Below are positions 1 through 10,709 of a DNA stretch of 63,065 nucleotides, one piece after another; the stretch's first letter is position 1; each line of letters opens with the position of its first letter. The notes below the pieces were generated by a model. It was not told the DNA's origin. It ran no database searches and saw nothing but the letters and a program-made list of their open reading frames with translations. The DNA comes from Terrimicrobiaceae bacterium. Its GTDB lineage: Bacteria; Verrucomicrobiota; Verrucomicrobiia; Chthoniobacterales; Terrimicrobiaceae. Made by a program: the position numbers and the translations under genes. Location: positions 1-63,065 of the forward strand of contig JBGSVZ010000130.1 of the NCBI GenBank assembly GCA_041752695.1. The letters run 5' to 3'.

Positions 1-1199
1 AAGTCGCGGAACTCCACCGCCGGGGCCTCGACATGGATGTCGATGCGGTCGAGCAGCGGGCCGGAGATTTTGTTACGGTAGTTTTCCACCTGCTTGGGCG
101 AGCAACGGCATTCGCGTTTGGGGTCGCCAAAATACCCGCACGCGCAGGGATTCATCGCGGCGACTAACATCACATTGGCGGGAAAGGTGACCGTACCGGC
201 CGCGCGACTCACCGTAACGCGACGATCCTCCAGCGGCTGGCGAAGGACCTCCAGAGTTGAGCGTTTGAACTCGGGCAATTCGTCCAGGAAGAGCACTCCG
301 TTATGCGCAACACTAATCTCTCCCGGGCTGGGATTGGTCGAGCCGCCGATGAGACCGACGTCGGAGATGGTGTGGTGCGGCGACCGGAACGGGCGCGTGA
401 TGCAGAACGTGTGTTCGTCCTTGAGAAGGCCGGCAACGCTGTGGATTTTTGTCGTCTCGATGGCCTCCTCCAGCGTGAGCGGTGGCATGATGGTGGCGAT
501 GCGCTTTGAGAGCATGGACTTCCCGCTGCCGGGAGGCCCGATGAGCAGGAGGGCATGATTTCCCGAGACGGCCACCTCGATGGCGCGCTTTACGTTGTGC
601 TGTCCTTTCACCTCGGCAAAATCCAAATCGTCCGCCTCCCGCCGGTCGAACATGGCCGCAGTGTCCTGGCGAATGGGAGTGAGTTCGCGCTGCTGGGTGA
701 GAAATTCAAAAGCCTCGCGGAGGTTGGAAACTCCGTAAACATCAATTCCCTCCACCACCGCGGCCTCGCGTGCACTGGCCATCGGCAAGATCACTGCCTT
801 CTTTTTCCGCCGACGGGCTTCCAGAGCGATGGAGAGCGCTCCCTTGATGGGCCGCACCTCCCCATTGAGGGCCAGTTCCCCCGCCATCAGGCAGCGGCCC
901 AAGCGCGGCACCTCTGCCTCCTGCGCCACCGCAATCATGCCGATGGCAATGGGCAGGTCAAAACTCGGTCCCTCCTTCTTCAGATCAGCCGGCGCGAGGT
1001 TGACCGTGGTACGGGATCGCGACCAGCGGAGCCCGCTATTAGCGATGGCGGTCGTTACCCGGTCCCGGCTTTCCTTCACCGAGGCATCCGGCAGGCCGAC
1101 CACCACCATTACCGGCTCCCCGCTTCCCGCATTGACCTCCACTTCAACCTCAACGGCGTCAACACCTTGCAAGGCCGCAGAAAAGACTCGGATCAACAT
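1..1199 (-). CDS. comM: YifB/ComM family Mg-chelatase-like AAA+ ATPase (partial, runs off left edge)
   Basis: Not in ORF track. My translation from ATG 1199 reads [25 protein letters not shown]..., with Walker [46 protein letters not shown] and [10 protein letters not shown]. Confidence 0.92.
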   Translation of the reverse strand, partial: MLIRVFSAALQGVDAVEVEVEVNAGSGEPVMVVVGLPDASVKESRDRVTTAIANSGLRWSRSRTTVNLAPADLKKEGPSFDLPIAIGMIAVAQEAEVPRLGRCLMAGELALNGEVRPIKGALSIALEARRRKKKAVILPMASAREAAVVEGIDVYGVSNLREAFEFLTQQRELTPIRQDTAAMFDRREADDLDFAEVKGQHNVKRAIEVAVSGNHALLLIGPPGSGKSMLSKRIATIMPPLTLEEAIETTKIHSVAGLLKDEHTFCITRPFRSPHHTISDVGLIGGSTNPSPGEISVAHNGVLFLDELPEFKRSTLEVLRQPLEDRRVTVSRAAGTVTFPANVMLVAAMNPCACGYFGDPKRECRCSPKQVENYRNKISGPLLDRIDIHVEAPAVEFRD

Positions 1200-1360
1200 C
1201 GCTACACCCTACAGGGAAAGGAGGCGGGCTGTCGAACCCGTCGTGCCAGCAAATCCGCCCGCATTCGATTGGGGACTGGACAAATGGCCGCGTCATTTGG
1301 TCTACCCAAGCCATGGCGTGGTTTTTTCAAGGTTCGGGCGACACCCGGAAGCGCCGCCGG

Positions 1361-2233
1361 ATGGGCGAGGTGGCGAAAAAAAGCTGGCAGGAAAAATGGC
1401 AGGAGTATTTCTCCGCCAGGAAATCCCGGCGCAGTACCCCCTCCGATCCGACGCCTTCCCGTCCCAAGAAGCCCGCCGCCATCACCGCTTACGATGAACC
1501 TGAGACCTCATCCCCCCGGGGACGTTCCCTGCCCCGGTGGAAGCGCACCGCCCGCGCCGTGTTGTGGAAAAGGAGCCGGCCACTGCGGCGTTTCCATCGC
1601 CGGATTCCCGCCGGGTATTTAGTCCTGATTTATTTGGGAATTCTCGCGGCAATATCCTGCGCGCTCATCCTGGCAGTTGTTCCCCCCCCGTCCGTGGAAC
1701 CCCAGGTTGCAGCGCAGCCATCCACGGGGTCGGAGTCAGCCAGGATGGTCTTCCAAGCTCCAAACATTCTGTCCCCCTCGCCCGGTTCTGGGACGAACGT
1801 GACTGGGCTGTCGGGCATGACGGGACACGCACAAAAACAGCTCAGCCTCGCTACGGACAATCGGGACCTAAAAACCCAAATGGCCGACATCGAATTCCGG
1901 GCCGGCCGCTACACCGAGGCGGAACGTCTCTATCGGGCACTCTTTAAAGAAAGCACGGACAAACCCTTCCTCGGTTACCGCATCTACGTCTGCGCGCTGC
2001 TCCGCAATCACTATGGGCAGGCCGCGGACCTGCTAAAGCGCCTCCAGCGAATCGGCCCTAATACTCCGGCCTGGCACTACGCCCGGGCCACCCTGGCTTA
2101 CCAGGAAGGGCGACCGCAGGAAGCCGGGGAAATTCTGCGGGAGGCCCAGACTATTTTCGGTGTCTTGTGCGCCGATTACGACGCCACGCTCCGTCTTCTG
2201 CAGGCCACAAAATCCGACCCGCCCGCCCCCTAA
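1361..2233 (+). CDS. Membrane-anchored TPR-like protein
   Basis: Basic N-terminus, one hydrophobic helix (YLVLIYLGILAAISCALILAVV), C-terminal helical repeats (GRYTEAERLY, WHYARATLAYQEGRPQEA). Start uncertain (1313/1361/1370). Confidence 0.65.
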   Translation: MGEVAKKSWQEKWQEYFSARKSRRSTPSDPTPSRPKKPAAITAYDEPETSSPRGRSLPRWKRTARAVLWKRSRPLRRFHRRIPAGYLVLIYLGILAAISCALILAVVPPPSVEPQVAAQPSTGSESARMVFQAPNILSPSPGSGTNVTGLSGMTGHAQKQLSLATDNRDLKTQMADIEFRAGRYTEAERLYRALFKESTDKPFLGYRIYVCALLRNHYGQAADLLKRLQRIGPNTPAWHYARATLAYQEGRPQEAGEILREAQTIFGVLCADYDATLRLLQATKSDPPAP

Positions 2234-2347
2234 ACCGGTATTCTTGGTAAGGCAGGCCGCCCGCACCATTCGACACTGCCCCTTTTTTGGCCAATTCCTC
2301 CCCAATTTCCCCGGAGGCATGAGGATTGCTCCCCGGATGGGCATTCC

Positions 2348-3604
2348 ATGAACTCCGACTGGCTGGCAACCCTGGGCATCCTTTTGCGCTTTGTTCACGT
2401 CCTTGCGGCCATCATGTGGATTGGCAACTCCCTGCTTTTCACCTGGATGGAATTGAGTCTGAGGCCCGCCAGAAAAGGAAGCGACCCGGACAATCTCCTG
2501 GGGACGCTCGACATGCTTCATGGCGGCGGCGTCTTCCACCTCGAAAAGCGCGTCCTCTCGCCGGACTCCATTCCCGAGCGCCTCCACTGGTTCAAATGGC
2601 AATCCTACACCACCTGGCTGACCGGATTTTCGCTTCTGGCCGCACTGTTTTACGCCGGTGGAGGCGACGCGCTGCTCGACGGCACCAAAACCCCTCTCCC
2701 CGGCAGCATCGCCATTCTGGCCAGTCTGGGCGGCATCTTCGGCGGCTGGCTTATTTATAATTTCCTGTGGAATTCCCCGGTGAAAAATCGCCCCCTTTTG
2801 GGAATCGCCGTCAGTCTGGCTGTCCTCATCGCGGTTGCAGCGTCCTACAACCAGATCTTCAACGGCCGGGCCGTCTATCTGCAAATCGGCGCCATGATGG
2901 GAACATTGATGTCCGCCAATGTGTTTTTCCACATCATGACAAACCAGCGCCAATTCATGGCGGCGCTGCGGGAGGGAAAACCCCACGACCTCGAACTCAG
3001 CAAACAGGCCAAACGCCGCTCGCTGCAAAACCATTACCTGACGTTCCCGGTGCTTTTCCTCATGCTCAGCGCGCACTTCCCACAGCTCTACGGAGCGGAG
3101 TGGAACGTCGCCGCTCTGGCTGTGATCGTTGTCACTCTCATGCTCGTGAAATATCTCATGAATTCGAGGCACCATTACGCCAACTGGCTGCCCGCCCTTG
3201 GCTGCGTCGTTGTCATGGCTCTCGGACTCCTTTCTCTTCTCGTCTCCCTGCCGGCCGTTCTGCACTCCGCCGGGTGGGCTGGTCCGGCCACGCCCATCCA
3301 GGAGGGACGGAATCTTTTCGTCAGCCAGGGCTGCGCCGCCTGCCACCTGGAGGGTTCGTCCGACATCGCGCCTTCGTTGGTGGGACTCTACGGAACACAT
3401 CAGGATTTGGACACGGGAGACCGCGTGCTGGTGGATGACACCTACTTGCGGCGCTCTCTGCTCGAACCCCAAACCCAAATTGCCAAAGGGTTTTCGCCGG
3501 CCATGCCGTCGTTCCAAGACCGACTTAGTGAAGCTCAGATCGAAGCCCTTCTGGCCTACATCCGCTCCATCGGCCCGCCGCCATCGGCATCCTCCGAACG
3601 CTAA
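2348..3604 (+). CDS. puuD: Urate hydroxylase PuuD (membrane urate-oxidase domain plus cytochrome c)
   Basis: RFVHVLAAIMWIG, HGGG, LHWFKWQSYTTWLTGFSLL, GAMMGTLMSANVF and NHYLTFPVLFLMLSAHFP motifs; CAACH heme site at 3332-3346. Confidence 0.88.
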   Translation: MNSDWLATLGILLRFVHVLAAIMWIGNSLLFTWMELSLRPARKGSDPDNLLGTLDMLHGGGVFHLEKRVLSPDSIPERLHWFKWQSYTTWLTGFSLLAALFYAGGGDALLDGTKTPLPGSIAILASLGGIFGGWLIYNFLWNSPVKNRPLLGIAVSLAVLIAVAASYNQIFNGRAVYLQIGAMMGTLMSANVFFHIMTNQRQFMAALREGKPHDLELSKQAKRRSLQNHYLTFPVLFLMLSAHFPQLYGAEWNVAALAVIVVTLMLVKYLMNSRHHYANWLPALGCVVVMALGLLSLLVSLPAVLHSAGWAGPATPIQEGRNLFVSQGCAACHLEGSSDIAPSLVGLYGTHQDLDTGDRVLVDDTYLRRSLLEPQTQIAKGFSPAMPSFQDRLSEAQIEALLAYIRSIGPPPSASSER

Positions 3605-3939
3605 ATTTCCGGATGCATGATGGCAACGGTGAACACCACGCCGATGAGCGCAGCTAGGCCAAAACCCAAGGCCACCGCCACCCTCATCCCGACCGCACCC
3701 AGGCGCGCCAATAAACTGGCCAGAAACATCCAGGTGAGCGGAACCAGCACAAGCCAAAGACCATGACTGGTGAGAAATTGCGCCAGCGGCGTGACCTGAG
3801 CCGTGACCGGGCTCACTTTCACGAGAATGGTGAGAACCATCAGGCCCAGCGCCAGAAAGACAAACTGGGTAATCCCGATCACGTAGGTGAGGCCGAGCGT
3901 TTCCTCCTCGCCAGCGGTTGGAGAGACCAGCGTCTTCAT
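3601..3939 (-). CDS. Small hypothetical membrane protein
   Basis: 112 aa with three hydrophobic segments; convergent with puuD. Confidence 0.6.
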   Translation of the reverse strand: MKTLVSPTAGEEETLGLTYVIGITQFVFLALGLMVLTILVKVSPVTAQVTPLAQFLTSHGLWLVLVPLTWMFLASLLARLGAVGMRVAVALGFGLAALIGVVFTVAIMHPEI

Positions 3940-4103
3940 GGGATCACCCTACCATGGACTCTCACTTTGGCCCCTCGCATCTTGGTTTTCCCTGCCTCAT
4001 TTTTGCCCCCAATGCGCGGGCGAGAACCATCCCTCGCCGGAGAGACAAACCTCCGGAGAAATTCATTTTTCGTCCGTCGGGAATCTGCGCATGATACCGA
4101 CCC

Positions 4104-5342
4104 ATGAGCATCCTGGATCCGAAACGCACGGTGGCCGAACTCAAGGAATTGCGCGCGCTCACCGGCGACGAGAACGGCGCCCAGCGCGTCGCATTCACCC
4201 CCCCATGGGCCAGGGCCCGGGCCTGGATGCGGGAAAAGCTCGCCGGACTTCCCGTCGAAATCCACACCGACGAAGCAGGTAACGTCTGGACAACCTTGCA
4301 GGGCGCCTCGGAAAAGGCCCTCGTTATCGGCGGCCACATCGACTCCGTGCCAAACGGCGGCTGGCTCGACGGCTGTTTGAATGTCATGGCCGGCGTCGAA
4401 ATCCTCCGCCGGATCAGCGCGCAATACAACGGCCTGCCCCCCGTGACCGTGCGGGTGGTCGATTGGGCGGATGAAGAAGGCGCGCGATTCGGCAAGAGCC
4501 TCTTTGGTTCCTCGGCGTGTTCCGGCAATCTCGACATGGACGAGGCGCGCGTGCTCCAAGATCGCGACGGCATCGCCCTACCCGATGCGGTCCGGGAACA
4601 CGGTATTGATTTTGAGAACGTCAAATCGTGCGGCCACGAACTAAAAAACGCCGCCGCCTACCTCGAACTCCACATCGAACAAGGCCCGGTCCTTCTCGAC
4701 CTCAACCTGCCCCTCGGCGTGGTGCTCGGCACCTGCGGCGTGGAACGTCACGCCATCACCTTCCACGGCCAGGCCGCTCATTCCGGGAGCACGCCCATGA
4801 ACCGCCGGAGAGACGCCTTCCTGGCCGCCGCCCAGATGAGTCCCGAGATTTACAAAATCACCGACCGCCACGGCGGCGTCTGCACCATCGGCTCCTGCAC
4901 CACAAAACCCGGCATCGTCACCAGCGTCGTCGAGGATTGCCGGATCACGCTCGACCAGCGACACCTCGACCAGGTGTGCCTCGCCGCCATGCTCCAAGAG
5001 GCGAAAACGGCAAGTGAAACATATGCGGCCGCTGGAAATGTGACCGTCGAGTGGGACCGGATCTGGCAGATCGAACCTGTTCCGTTTCATCCGGAACTCA
5101 TCGAATTCTGCGACGAAGCCATCCGGGAAACCTGCGGCACCAGCCATCGCCTTCCTTCCGGCCCGCTGCACGACGCCGCAGAAGTCTCCCGCGCCGGTGT
5201 GCCCACGGTGATGCTGTTTGTGCAGAGCCTTCACGGCATCAGCCACAATAAAATCGAAGACACCAAAGAGGAACACCTCGAGCTGTGCGTCTCCGCCCTC
5301 GACCGACTCGCGTCCAAGACAATGGCGTGGATGACACCCTGA
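4104..5342 (+). CDS. Zn-dependent M20 amidohydrolase (allantoate amidohydrolase / N-carbamoylase family)
   Basis: GGHIDSVPNGGWLDG, DEEGARFG, YLELHIEQGPVL, GQAAHSGSTPM, SGPLHDA and GISHNKIE motifs. Confidence 0.88.
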   Translation: MSILDPKRTVAELKELRALTGDENGAQRVAFTPPWARARAWMREKLAGLPVEIHTDEAGNVWTTLQGASEKALVIGGHIDSVPNGGWLDGCLNVMAGVEILRRISAQYNGLPPVTVRVVDWADEEGARFGKSLFGSSACSGNLDMDEARVLQDRDGIALPDAVREHGIDFENVKSCGHELKNAAAYLELHIEQGPVLLDLNLPLGVVLGTCGVERHAITFHGQAAHSGSTPMNRRRDAFLAAAQMSPEIYKITDRHGGVCTIGSCTTKPGIVTSVVEDCRITLDQRHLDQVCLAAMLQEAKTASETYAAAGNVTVEWDRIWQIEPVPFHPELIEFCDEAIRETCGTSHRLPSGPLHDAAEVSRAGVPTVMLFVQSLHGISHNKIEDTKEEHLELCVSALDRLASKTMAWMTP

Positions 5343-5507
5343 AGGACCGCGAACTTGAACACCCTCCGGCTCCTCAAAGACCGGGCTGAGCAGCACCCCT
5401 CCTTGACCGTTCTCTGGCACCGGGCGTTTTGCTCCCCCGCCTCATTAAGAAACACACCACCCACAACCCGCTGACGCCCAGCGACTTGCAAAATTTTCCC
5501 TAATCCC

Positions 5508-5536
5508 TTGCCAAACCCGGCACGCCATGGCATGAT
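5508..5536 (+). promoter_or_regulatory. Sigma70-type promoter of rpsO
   Basis: TTGCCA-17 bp-CATGAT with an extended TG, ending 27 nt before the rpsO ATG. Confidence 0.5.
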
Positions 5537-5563
5537 CAACAGTTCTAATAATACGACCAAATC

Positions 5564-5830
5564 ATGGCCAAAGCAGCAGTAGTTACACCCGAAGTTGATA
5601 CCCTTCGACTCCACGAAAAAGACACCGGCAGTGCGGACGTTCAGATCGCGTTGCTCACGAAGCGCATCACCGAACTCACCGAGCACCTTAAAAGCAACGT
5701 CAAGGACCATTCGTCCCGTCGCGGCCTCCTGAAAATGGTTGCCGACCGTCGCAGCTTGCTCGATTACCTCAAAAATACCGCCTCCGACCGCTATCAGACG
5801 GTCGTGGACAAACTCGGTCTGCGCAAATAG
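5564..5830 (+). CDS. rpsO: 30S ribosomal protein S15
   Basis: [16 protein letters not shown]...[19 protein letters not shown]...LGLRK. Confidence 0.98.
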   Translation: MAKAAVVTPEVDTLRLHEKDTGSADVQIALLTKRITELTEHLKSNVKDHSSRRGLLKMVADRRSLLDYLKNTASDRYQTVVDKLGLRK

Positions 5831-5847
5831 CGCAGAAAAAACCCTCG

Positions 5848-5879
5848 AAGCCCCGCCCGCGTGACGGGGCTTTTTGTTT
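5848..5879 (+). terminator. Intrinsic terminator after rpsO
   Basis: AAGCCCCG/CGGGGCTT stem followed by TTTGTTT. Confidence 0.75.
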
Positions 5880-5925
5880 AACCCCGCTCCGAAAATCTTC
5901 GGGGCGATTCCTCCTATCTTATAAA

Positions 5926-8052
5926 ATGCCTCATTCCGTTACGGCCACAGTCGGCCAATTTCCCATCATCATCGAAACCGGTAAACTCGCCCGTCTGGCC
6001 GACGGTGCTGTCACCGTCCGCTCAGGCGACACGATCATCCTCGTCTCGGCCGTTTCCGCCACCACCATCAAGGACGGCCAGGATTTCTTCCCGCTGACCG
6101 TTGATTACCGCGAAAAAGCGGCCGCCGTGGGCAAGTTCCCCGGTGGCTATTTCAAACGCGAAGGCCGGCCTTCCGAAAAGGAAATCCTCACCTGCCGCCT
6201 CACCGACCGCCCCTTGCGTCCGCTCTTTCCCAAGGGTTATCTCTACGATACGCAGATCATCGGCGTGCTCCTGAGCGCGGACGGACAGGTTGATCCCGAC
6301 ATCCTCTTCTTGAACGGCGCAAGCGCCGCCCTGGCCGTTTCCGACATCCCGTTTGCGGGCCCCGTTGGCGCCGTGCGTGTCTGCCGTGTCAACGGTCAGT
6401 TCATCGCGAACCCGACCCACAGCGAACGTGAAGGTACGGACCTGAACCTCATCTACGTCGGCAACGAAACCGACGTGATCATGATCGAAGGGGAAGCCAG
6501 CGAACTTCCCGAGGAAGATTTCGTGGCGGCGTTGCATTTCGCGCAGGCTGAAGTCGCCAAACTGGTCGCCGCACAAAAAGAACTCGCCGCCGCCGCTGGA
6601 AAACAGAAGCGTGTTGCGCCTCTCTTCGTCGTTTCCGACGAGTTGATGGAAATCGCCTACTCCGTGGCGGGCGACCGCATCGAAGCGGCCATCTACACCC
6701 CGAGCAAGGTCGCACGTGGTAAGGCCGTCGGAGCGCTCAAGGACGAGGTTTCCGCCGCGATTCTCGAAAAATTCCCGAACGCCACGAAGTTCGAAATCAG
6801 CCAAGCCTTCGACTACCTGCAAAAGAAAGCCTTCCGTATCAGCATCCTCGACAAAGGAACTCGTTGCGACGGGCGCGATACGAAGACGATCCGCGCCCTC
6901 AGCGGCGAGACCGGCCTTCTGCCCCGCAGCCACGGCAGCGCGCTCTTCCAGCGTGGGGAAACGCAGGCCCTGTGCCTCGCGACTCTGGCTCCTTCCGACG
7001 AAGCTCAAGATCTCGACGGCTACACGGGCGGCGAAATCAGCAAACGTTTCATCCTGCATTACAACTTCCCGCCGTTCTCCGTCGGGGAAACCGGCCGCAC
7101 CGGCAGCCCAGGACGCCGCGAAATCGGTCACGGCGCCCTCGCCGAGCGCTCCATTCTTGCGGTCATTCCACCCGTGAATGAATTCCCTTACGCCATCCGC
7201 ATCAGCAGCGAAGTGATGGAGTCCAACGGCTCGACTTCGATGGCCAGTGTTTGCGGCGGCGTGCTTGCCCTGATGGACGCCGGTGTGCCGATCAAGACAC
7301 CCGTTGCCGGCATCTCCTGCGGCTTGGTCACCGAGTTCAACGGCGACCAAATGACCCGTTACACCTTGCTCACCGACATCATCGGCAGCGAAGATCATTT
7401 CGGCGACATGGATTGGAAACTCTGCGGCACCCGCACGGGCGTCACCGGATTCCAGCTCGACCTCAAGCTCCCCGGGATCTCGCTCGACCTCATGGCCGAA
7501 GCGATCTACCGGACCCGGGACGACCGCCACAAGGTCCTCGACGTGATGGAAGCCGTCCTGGCCGCTCCTCGCACGGAGATGAGCCCTTACGCTCCCCGCA
7601 TCGAAACTATCCGGATCAACCCGGACAAAATCGGCCTCATCATCGGGCCTGGCGGCAAGACCATCAAGGGCATCGTCGCCGAGACCGGCGCCGAGATCAA
7701 CATCGAGGACGACGGTTCCATTCACATCTACTCGAACAACGGCGACAGCCTCCGCCGCGCCAAGGAAATCATCAACGGCATGACCAAGGAAATTGGCATC
7801 GGCGAGATGTATCAAGGCACGGTGGTCTCGATCAAAGAATTCGGCGCCTTCATCGAAGTGTTGCCCGGCAAGGATGGCCTCTGCCACATCTCCGAACTGG
7901 CCGACTTCCGCGTCAACCGCGTGGAAGACGTGGTCAAGATGGGCGACTCGGTCTGGGTCAAGTGCATCGGTGTCGATGACAAAGGCCGGGTGAAACTCAG
8001 CCGCAAGGCCGCGATGAAAGATCGCGATCAGGCGGCGGCGGTTCCCGCCTAA
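5926..8052 (+). CDS. pnp: Polyribonucleotide nucleotidyltransferase
   Basis: [42 protein letters not shown] and S1 domains; follows rpsO. Confidence 0.98.
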   Translation: MPHSVTATVGQFPIIIETGKLARLADGAVTVRSGDTIILVSAVSATTIKDGQDFFPLTVDYREKAAAVGKFPGGYFKREGRPSEKEILTCRLTDRPLRPLFPKGYLYDTQIIGVLLSADGQVDPDILFLNGASAALAVSDIPFAGPVGAVRVCRVNGQFIANPTHSEREGTDLNLIYVGNETDVIMIEGEASELPEEDFVAALHFAQAEVAKLVAAQKELAAAAGKQKRVAPLFVVSDELMEIAYSVAGDRIEAAIYTPSKVARGKAVGALKDEVSAAILEKFPNATKFEISQAFDYLQKKAFRISILDKGTRCDGRDTKTIRALSGETGLLPRSHGSALFQRGETQALCLATLAPSDEAQDLDGYTGGEISKRFILHYNFPPFSVGETGRTGSPGRREIGHGALAERSILAVIPPVNEFPYAIRISSEVMESNGSTSMASVCGGVLALMDAGVPIKTPVAGISCGLVTEFNGDQMTRYTLLTDIIGSEDHFGDMDWKLCGTRTGVTGFQLDLKLPGISLDLMAEAIYRTRDDRHKVLDVMEAVLAAPRTEMSPYAPRIETIRINPDKIGLIIGPGGKTIKGIVAETGAEINIEDDGSIHIYSNNGDSLRRAKEIINGMTKEIGIGEMYQGTVVSIKEFGAFIEVLPGKDGLCHISELADFRVNRVEDVVKMGDSVWVKCIGVDDKGRVKLSRKAAMKDRDQAAAVPA

Positions 8053-8094
8053 GCCAAACCCTCAATCAGGAAACGGCGAAGCCTTTTCCTCCAG

Positions 8095-8127
8095 AAAGCC
8101 CGCCTTCACCGGCGGGCTTTTTTGTTT
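8095..8127 (+). terminator. Intrinsic terminator after pnp
   Basis: AAAGCCCGCC-ttcacc-GGCGGGCTTT followed by TTTGTTT. Confidence 0.8.
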
Positions 8128-8249
8128 CCCGGAGGACCCCGGGGGCGAGCGCTCATCGCCAGCGGGCCTTCCACGAGCAACGAATTCGTCACAATTTCCC
8201 GATTTGACAGGAGGGCCTCCGCTCCGCAATCTCCCGACGTCTCCTACCA

Positions 8250-9710
8250 ATGAAAACCCTACCTCTCCTCTCCTTCGGACGCACGGCAGGCCTCACTGCC
8301 GTCCTTGCCTCCCTCTCCACCCTGTGTCCGGTCCAAGCGGGCGACACCTCGACCGTGACCACCGCGGAAGAATCCAGCGAATCCGCCCTCTCCGAATGGT
8401 GGAACGGAAAGTACATGACCGGCAACTGGTTCGGAGTGCGTGATACCCTGGCGGAAAACGGCTTTAAGTTCTCCGGCAAATACGAAGGCATCTTTTTTGG
8501 CGTGCTGGACAGTCAGCGCGGCTCCCGCGGTTTCTACGACCAGGAAGTCGCTTTTAATGGTGAGCTCGATTTCTCCAAGTTGCTGAAAACGGAAGCCCTC
8601 GCCGGCCTCACCGGATTCGGCGGCGTGCGCTGGCGCGATTCCCGGGCCAATTCGAACCCGAACAGCTTCGTCCAGGCCTCCAGCCTCTTCCAGCCCTCCA
8701 ACAATCAGTCCGGCACGCAGTGGCGCCTAACCACTTTCGGCCTCCAATACGTCACTCCCGAGCTTTTTGGCATCGAAGATTTCCTCACCATCCGCGGCGG
8801 CTGGCTCCAGCCACAGAAAGAATTCATCGACCAGCCTCTCTCGAAGTTGTTCGTGAACAACGCAGTCGAGAGCGCCAAGGGCATCGGCGGCAACATCCCG
8901 TTTTCCTCAAGTTTCTCCACCTGGGGCGGCACGCTGGAAATCAAGCCCGTGAAAAACTACTACGCCAAGGCGGGCCTCTTCATGGCCTATCCCGGCGCAA
9001 CTTCCTCCAGCAACCACGGGCTCGCTTTTGAAGGTTTCGCCCAGGAACCTTCGCTCAACGGCCTGATGGTGATGGCGGAGACCGGCATCACGCCGAAACT
9101 CGGAGCGTCCGAACTCCCCGGCAAATACGCCGTGGGCGGTTATTATTGGGGCAATGAGAAGGATTCCTTCAACGGGACCTACAACTACGGCCAATATGGC
9201 TTCTACTGGCAGGCCGACCAGATGCTCTTCCGTGAGGCGTCGCCCGAAGAACCCGAACCCCTCGGCAAGGGTCCTTCCGATGGAAAGTCCACGGTGGACA
9301 GCAAGTCGGGCAAAAGCTTCAAGGCTCCGGTGGAAACCAAAGCCAAGCTCTCCAAGCAGGGTCTTTATACCTTCAACCTCATCAGCTTCGCCCCGAAATA
9401 CAACAACCTGTATCCGTTCTACTTCCAGACTGGACTGGTGTACGAAGGGCTGATCCCCACCCGCGATGAAGATCGCACCATGTTTGCGCTCGGCTTCGGG
9501 TCCTACAGCTACGAAAACATTCAGAACCTGCAGAACAATGGCCGCACCAATCAGCCGAACTATTCGATCGTGCTGGAATGGGACTATCGGTTCCAGATCA
9601 ACAAATGGGCCTACTTCCAGCCCTTCGTGCAGTATTTCATCCAGCCCAATGGCACGGGTGCCGTGCAAAACGCCACCATCCTTGGCTTTGCTTACGCCGT
9701 AAGTTTCTAA
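8250..9710 (+). CDS. OprB-family carbohydrate porin
   Basis: Signal peptide, YMTGNWFGVRDTLAENG, LPGKYAVG, FQPFVQYFIQPNG, terminal Phe. Upstream TTGACA(8204)-17-CAATCT promoter candidate. Confidence 0.85.
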   Translation: MKTLPLLSFGRTAGLTAVLASLSTLCPVQAGDTSTVTTAEESSESALSEWWNGKYMTGNWFGVRDTLAENGFKFSGKYEGIFFGVLDSQRGSRGFYDQEVAFNGELDFSKLLKTEALAGLTGFGGVRWRDSRANSNPNSFVQASSLFQPSNNQSGTQWRLTTFGLQYVTPELFGIEDFLTIRGGWLQPQKEFIDQPLSKLFVNNAVESAKGIGGNIPFSSSFSTWGGTLEIKPVKNYYAKAGLFMAYPGATSSSNHGLAFEGFAQEPSLNGLMVMAETGITPKLGASELPGKYAVGGYYWGNEKDSFNGTYNYGQYGFYWQADQMLFREASPEEPEPLGKGPSDGKSTVDSKSGKSFKAPVETKAKLSKQGLYTFNLISFAPKYNNLYPFYFQTGLVYEGLIPTRDEDRTMFALGFGSYSYENIQNLQNNGRTNQPNYSIVLEWDYRFQINKWAYFQPFVQYFIQPNGTGAVQNATILGFAYAVSF

Positions 9711-9771
9711 GTTTTCAAGGCGGCAAGGGCCAGCCGCCCTCCAATTCTCCAGGAGAAAATTGAGCAAAGAC

Positions 9772-9805
9772 CGCCGCCGGGAGCGTCAGCCCCGGTGGCG
9801 TTTTT
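9772..9805 (+). terminator. Probable terminator after the porin
   Basis: CGCCGCCGGG/CCCGGTGGCG stem followed by TTTTT. Confidence 0.6.
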
Positions 9806-9860
9806 GTGTCGTCTACGCCCGCCGCTTGAACTCCAGGGCGGAACCCCCTATCAGCAAACC

Positions 9861-10655
9861 ATGCCGAAAAAGCCGCTCATCGCCGTTGGCCGTCGCCTTC
9901 TGATCGGAGTCATTCACCTCGCTCCCCTCCCCGGCTCACCCCGCTGGGCCGGTGACATGGACAAACTCATCCGCGCTGCCGTGGAGGATGCCCGCGCCTA
10001 TGAAGAGGGCGGGGCCGATGCCGTGATCATCGAAAATTTCGGCGACATTCCCTTCACGAAATCGACGGTCCCACCCGAAACCGTGGCCGCGATGGCCGTC
10101 GCCGGCGCTTCCGTGCGCGGAGCCATCGGCCTGCCCATGGGCTTCAACGTCCTGCGCAACGACGGGCTTTCCGCCCTGGCGCTCTGCGCCGCCTGTGGAG
10201 GAGACTTTCTGCGGGTCAACGTCCTCTCCGGCGCGATGGTCACCGACCAGGGCGTGATCGAGGGCGACGCGTTTTCCCTCCTCCGCAAACAGCAAAGCCT
10301 CGCCCCGCAGGTCAAAATTCTCGCCGATGTGCTGGTGAAACATGCCGCGCCGCTCGGTGATCTCTCCATCGAAATAGCCGCCCGCGACACCGCCGAGCGT
10401 GGCCTGGCCGACGCGCTCATTGTTTCTGGCACGGGCACCGGGGATGCCGCCGAAGTGGACGACGTTCGGCGTGTCCGGAACGCCTGCCCGGAAAGTCCAA
10501 TCCTGCTCGGCAGCGGGGTCACCGCGGCCAATGCCGCCTCCTACATGGAATTCGCCGACGGCGCCATCGTGGGCACCTCGGTGAAACGCGGCGGCAAACT
10601 CTTCAACCCGGTCGATCCCGCCCGCGTGGCCGCCCTACGCAAGGCGCTGGACTGA
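9861..10655 (+). CDS. BtpA/SgcQ family protein
   Basis: IGVIHLAPLPGSP, IIENFGDIPF, GFNVLRND, ADVLVKHA, DGAIVGTS. Confidence 0.9.
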   Translation: MPKKPLIAVGRRLLIGVIHLAPLPGSPRWAGDMDKLIRAAVEDARAYEEGGADAVIIENFGDIPFTKSTVPPETVAAMAVAGASVRGAIGLPMGFNVLRNDGLSALALCAACGGDFLRVNVLSGAMVTDQGVIEGDAFSLLRKQQSLAPQVKILADVLVKHAAPLGDLSIEIAARDTAERGLADALIVSGTGTGDAAEVDDVRRVRNACPESPILLGSGVTAANAASYMEFADGAIVGTSVKRGGKLFNPVDPARVAALRKALD

Positions 10656-10709
10656 ACCGGAAAGTTCGTTTCGGGGCGGGCGGAAAAAGGTGGTCTCGCG
10701 GCGGGACGA

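Noticed and set aside
555..1622. 355-aa plus-strand ORF
   Set aside because: Antisense to the comM-like gene, which has clear motifs but is missing from the track because it runs off the edge.
4014..4060. Glycine-riboswitch-like string upstream of the amidohydrolase (GCGGGCGAG..CGCCGGAG..AAACCTCCGG)
   Set aside because: Three conserved adenines of the aptamer motifs (GGAGAG, CCGAAG, CTCAGG) are changed. Two simple hairpins explain the sequence equally well.
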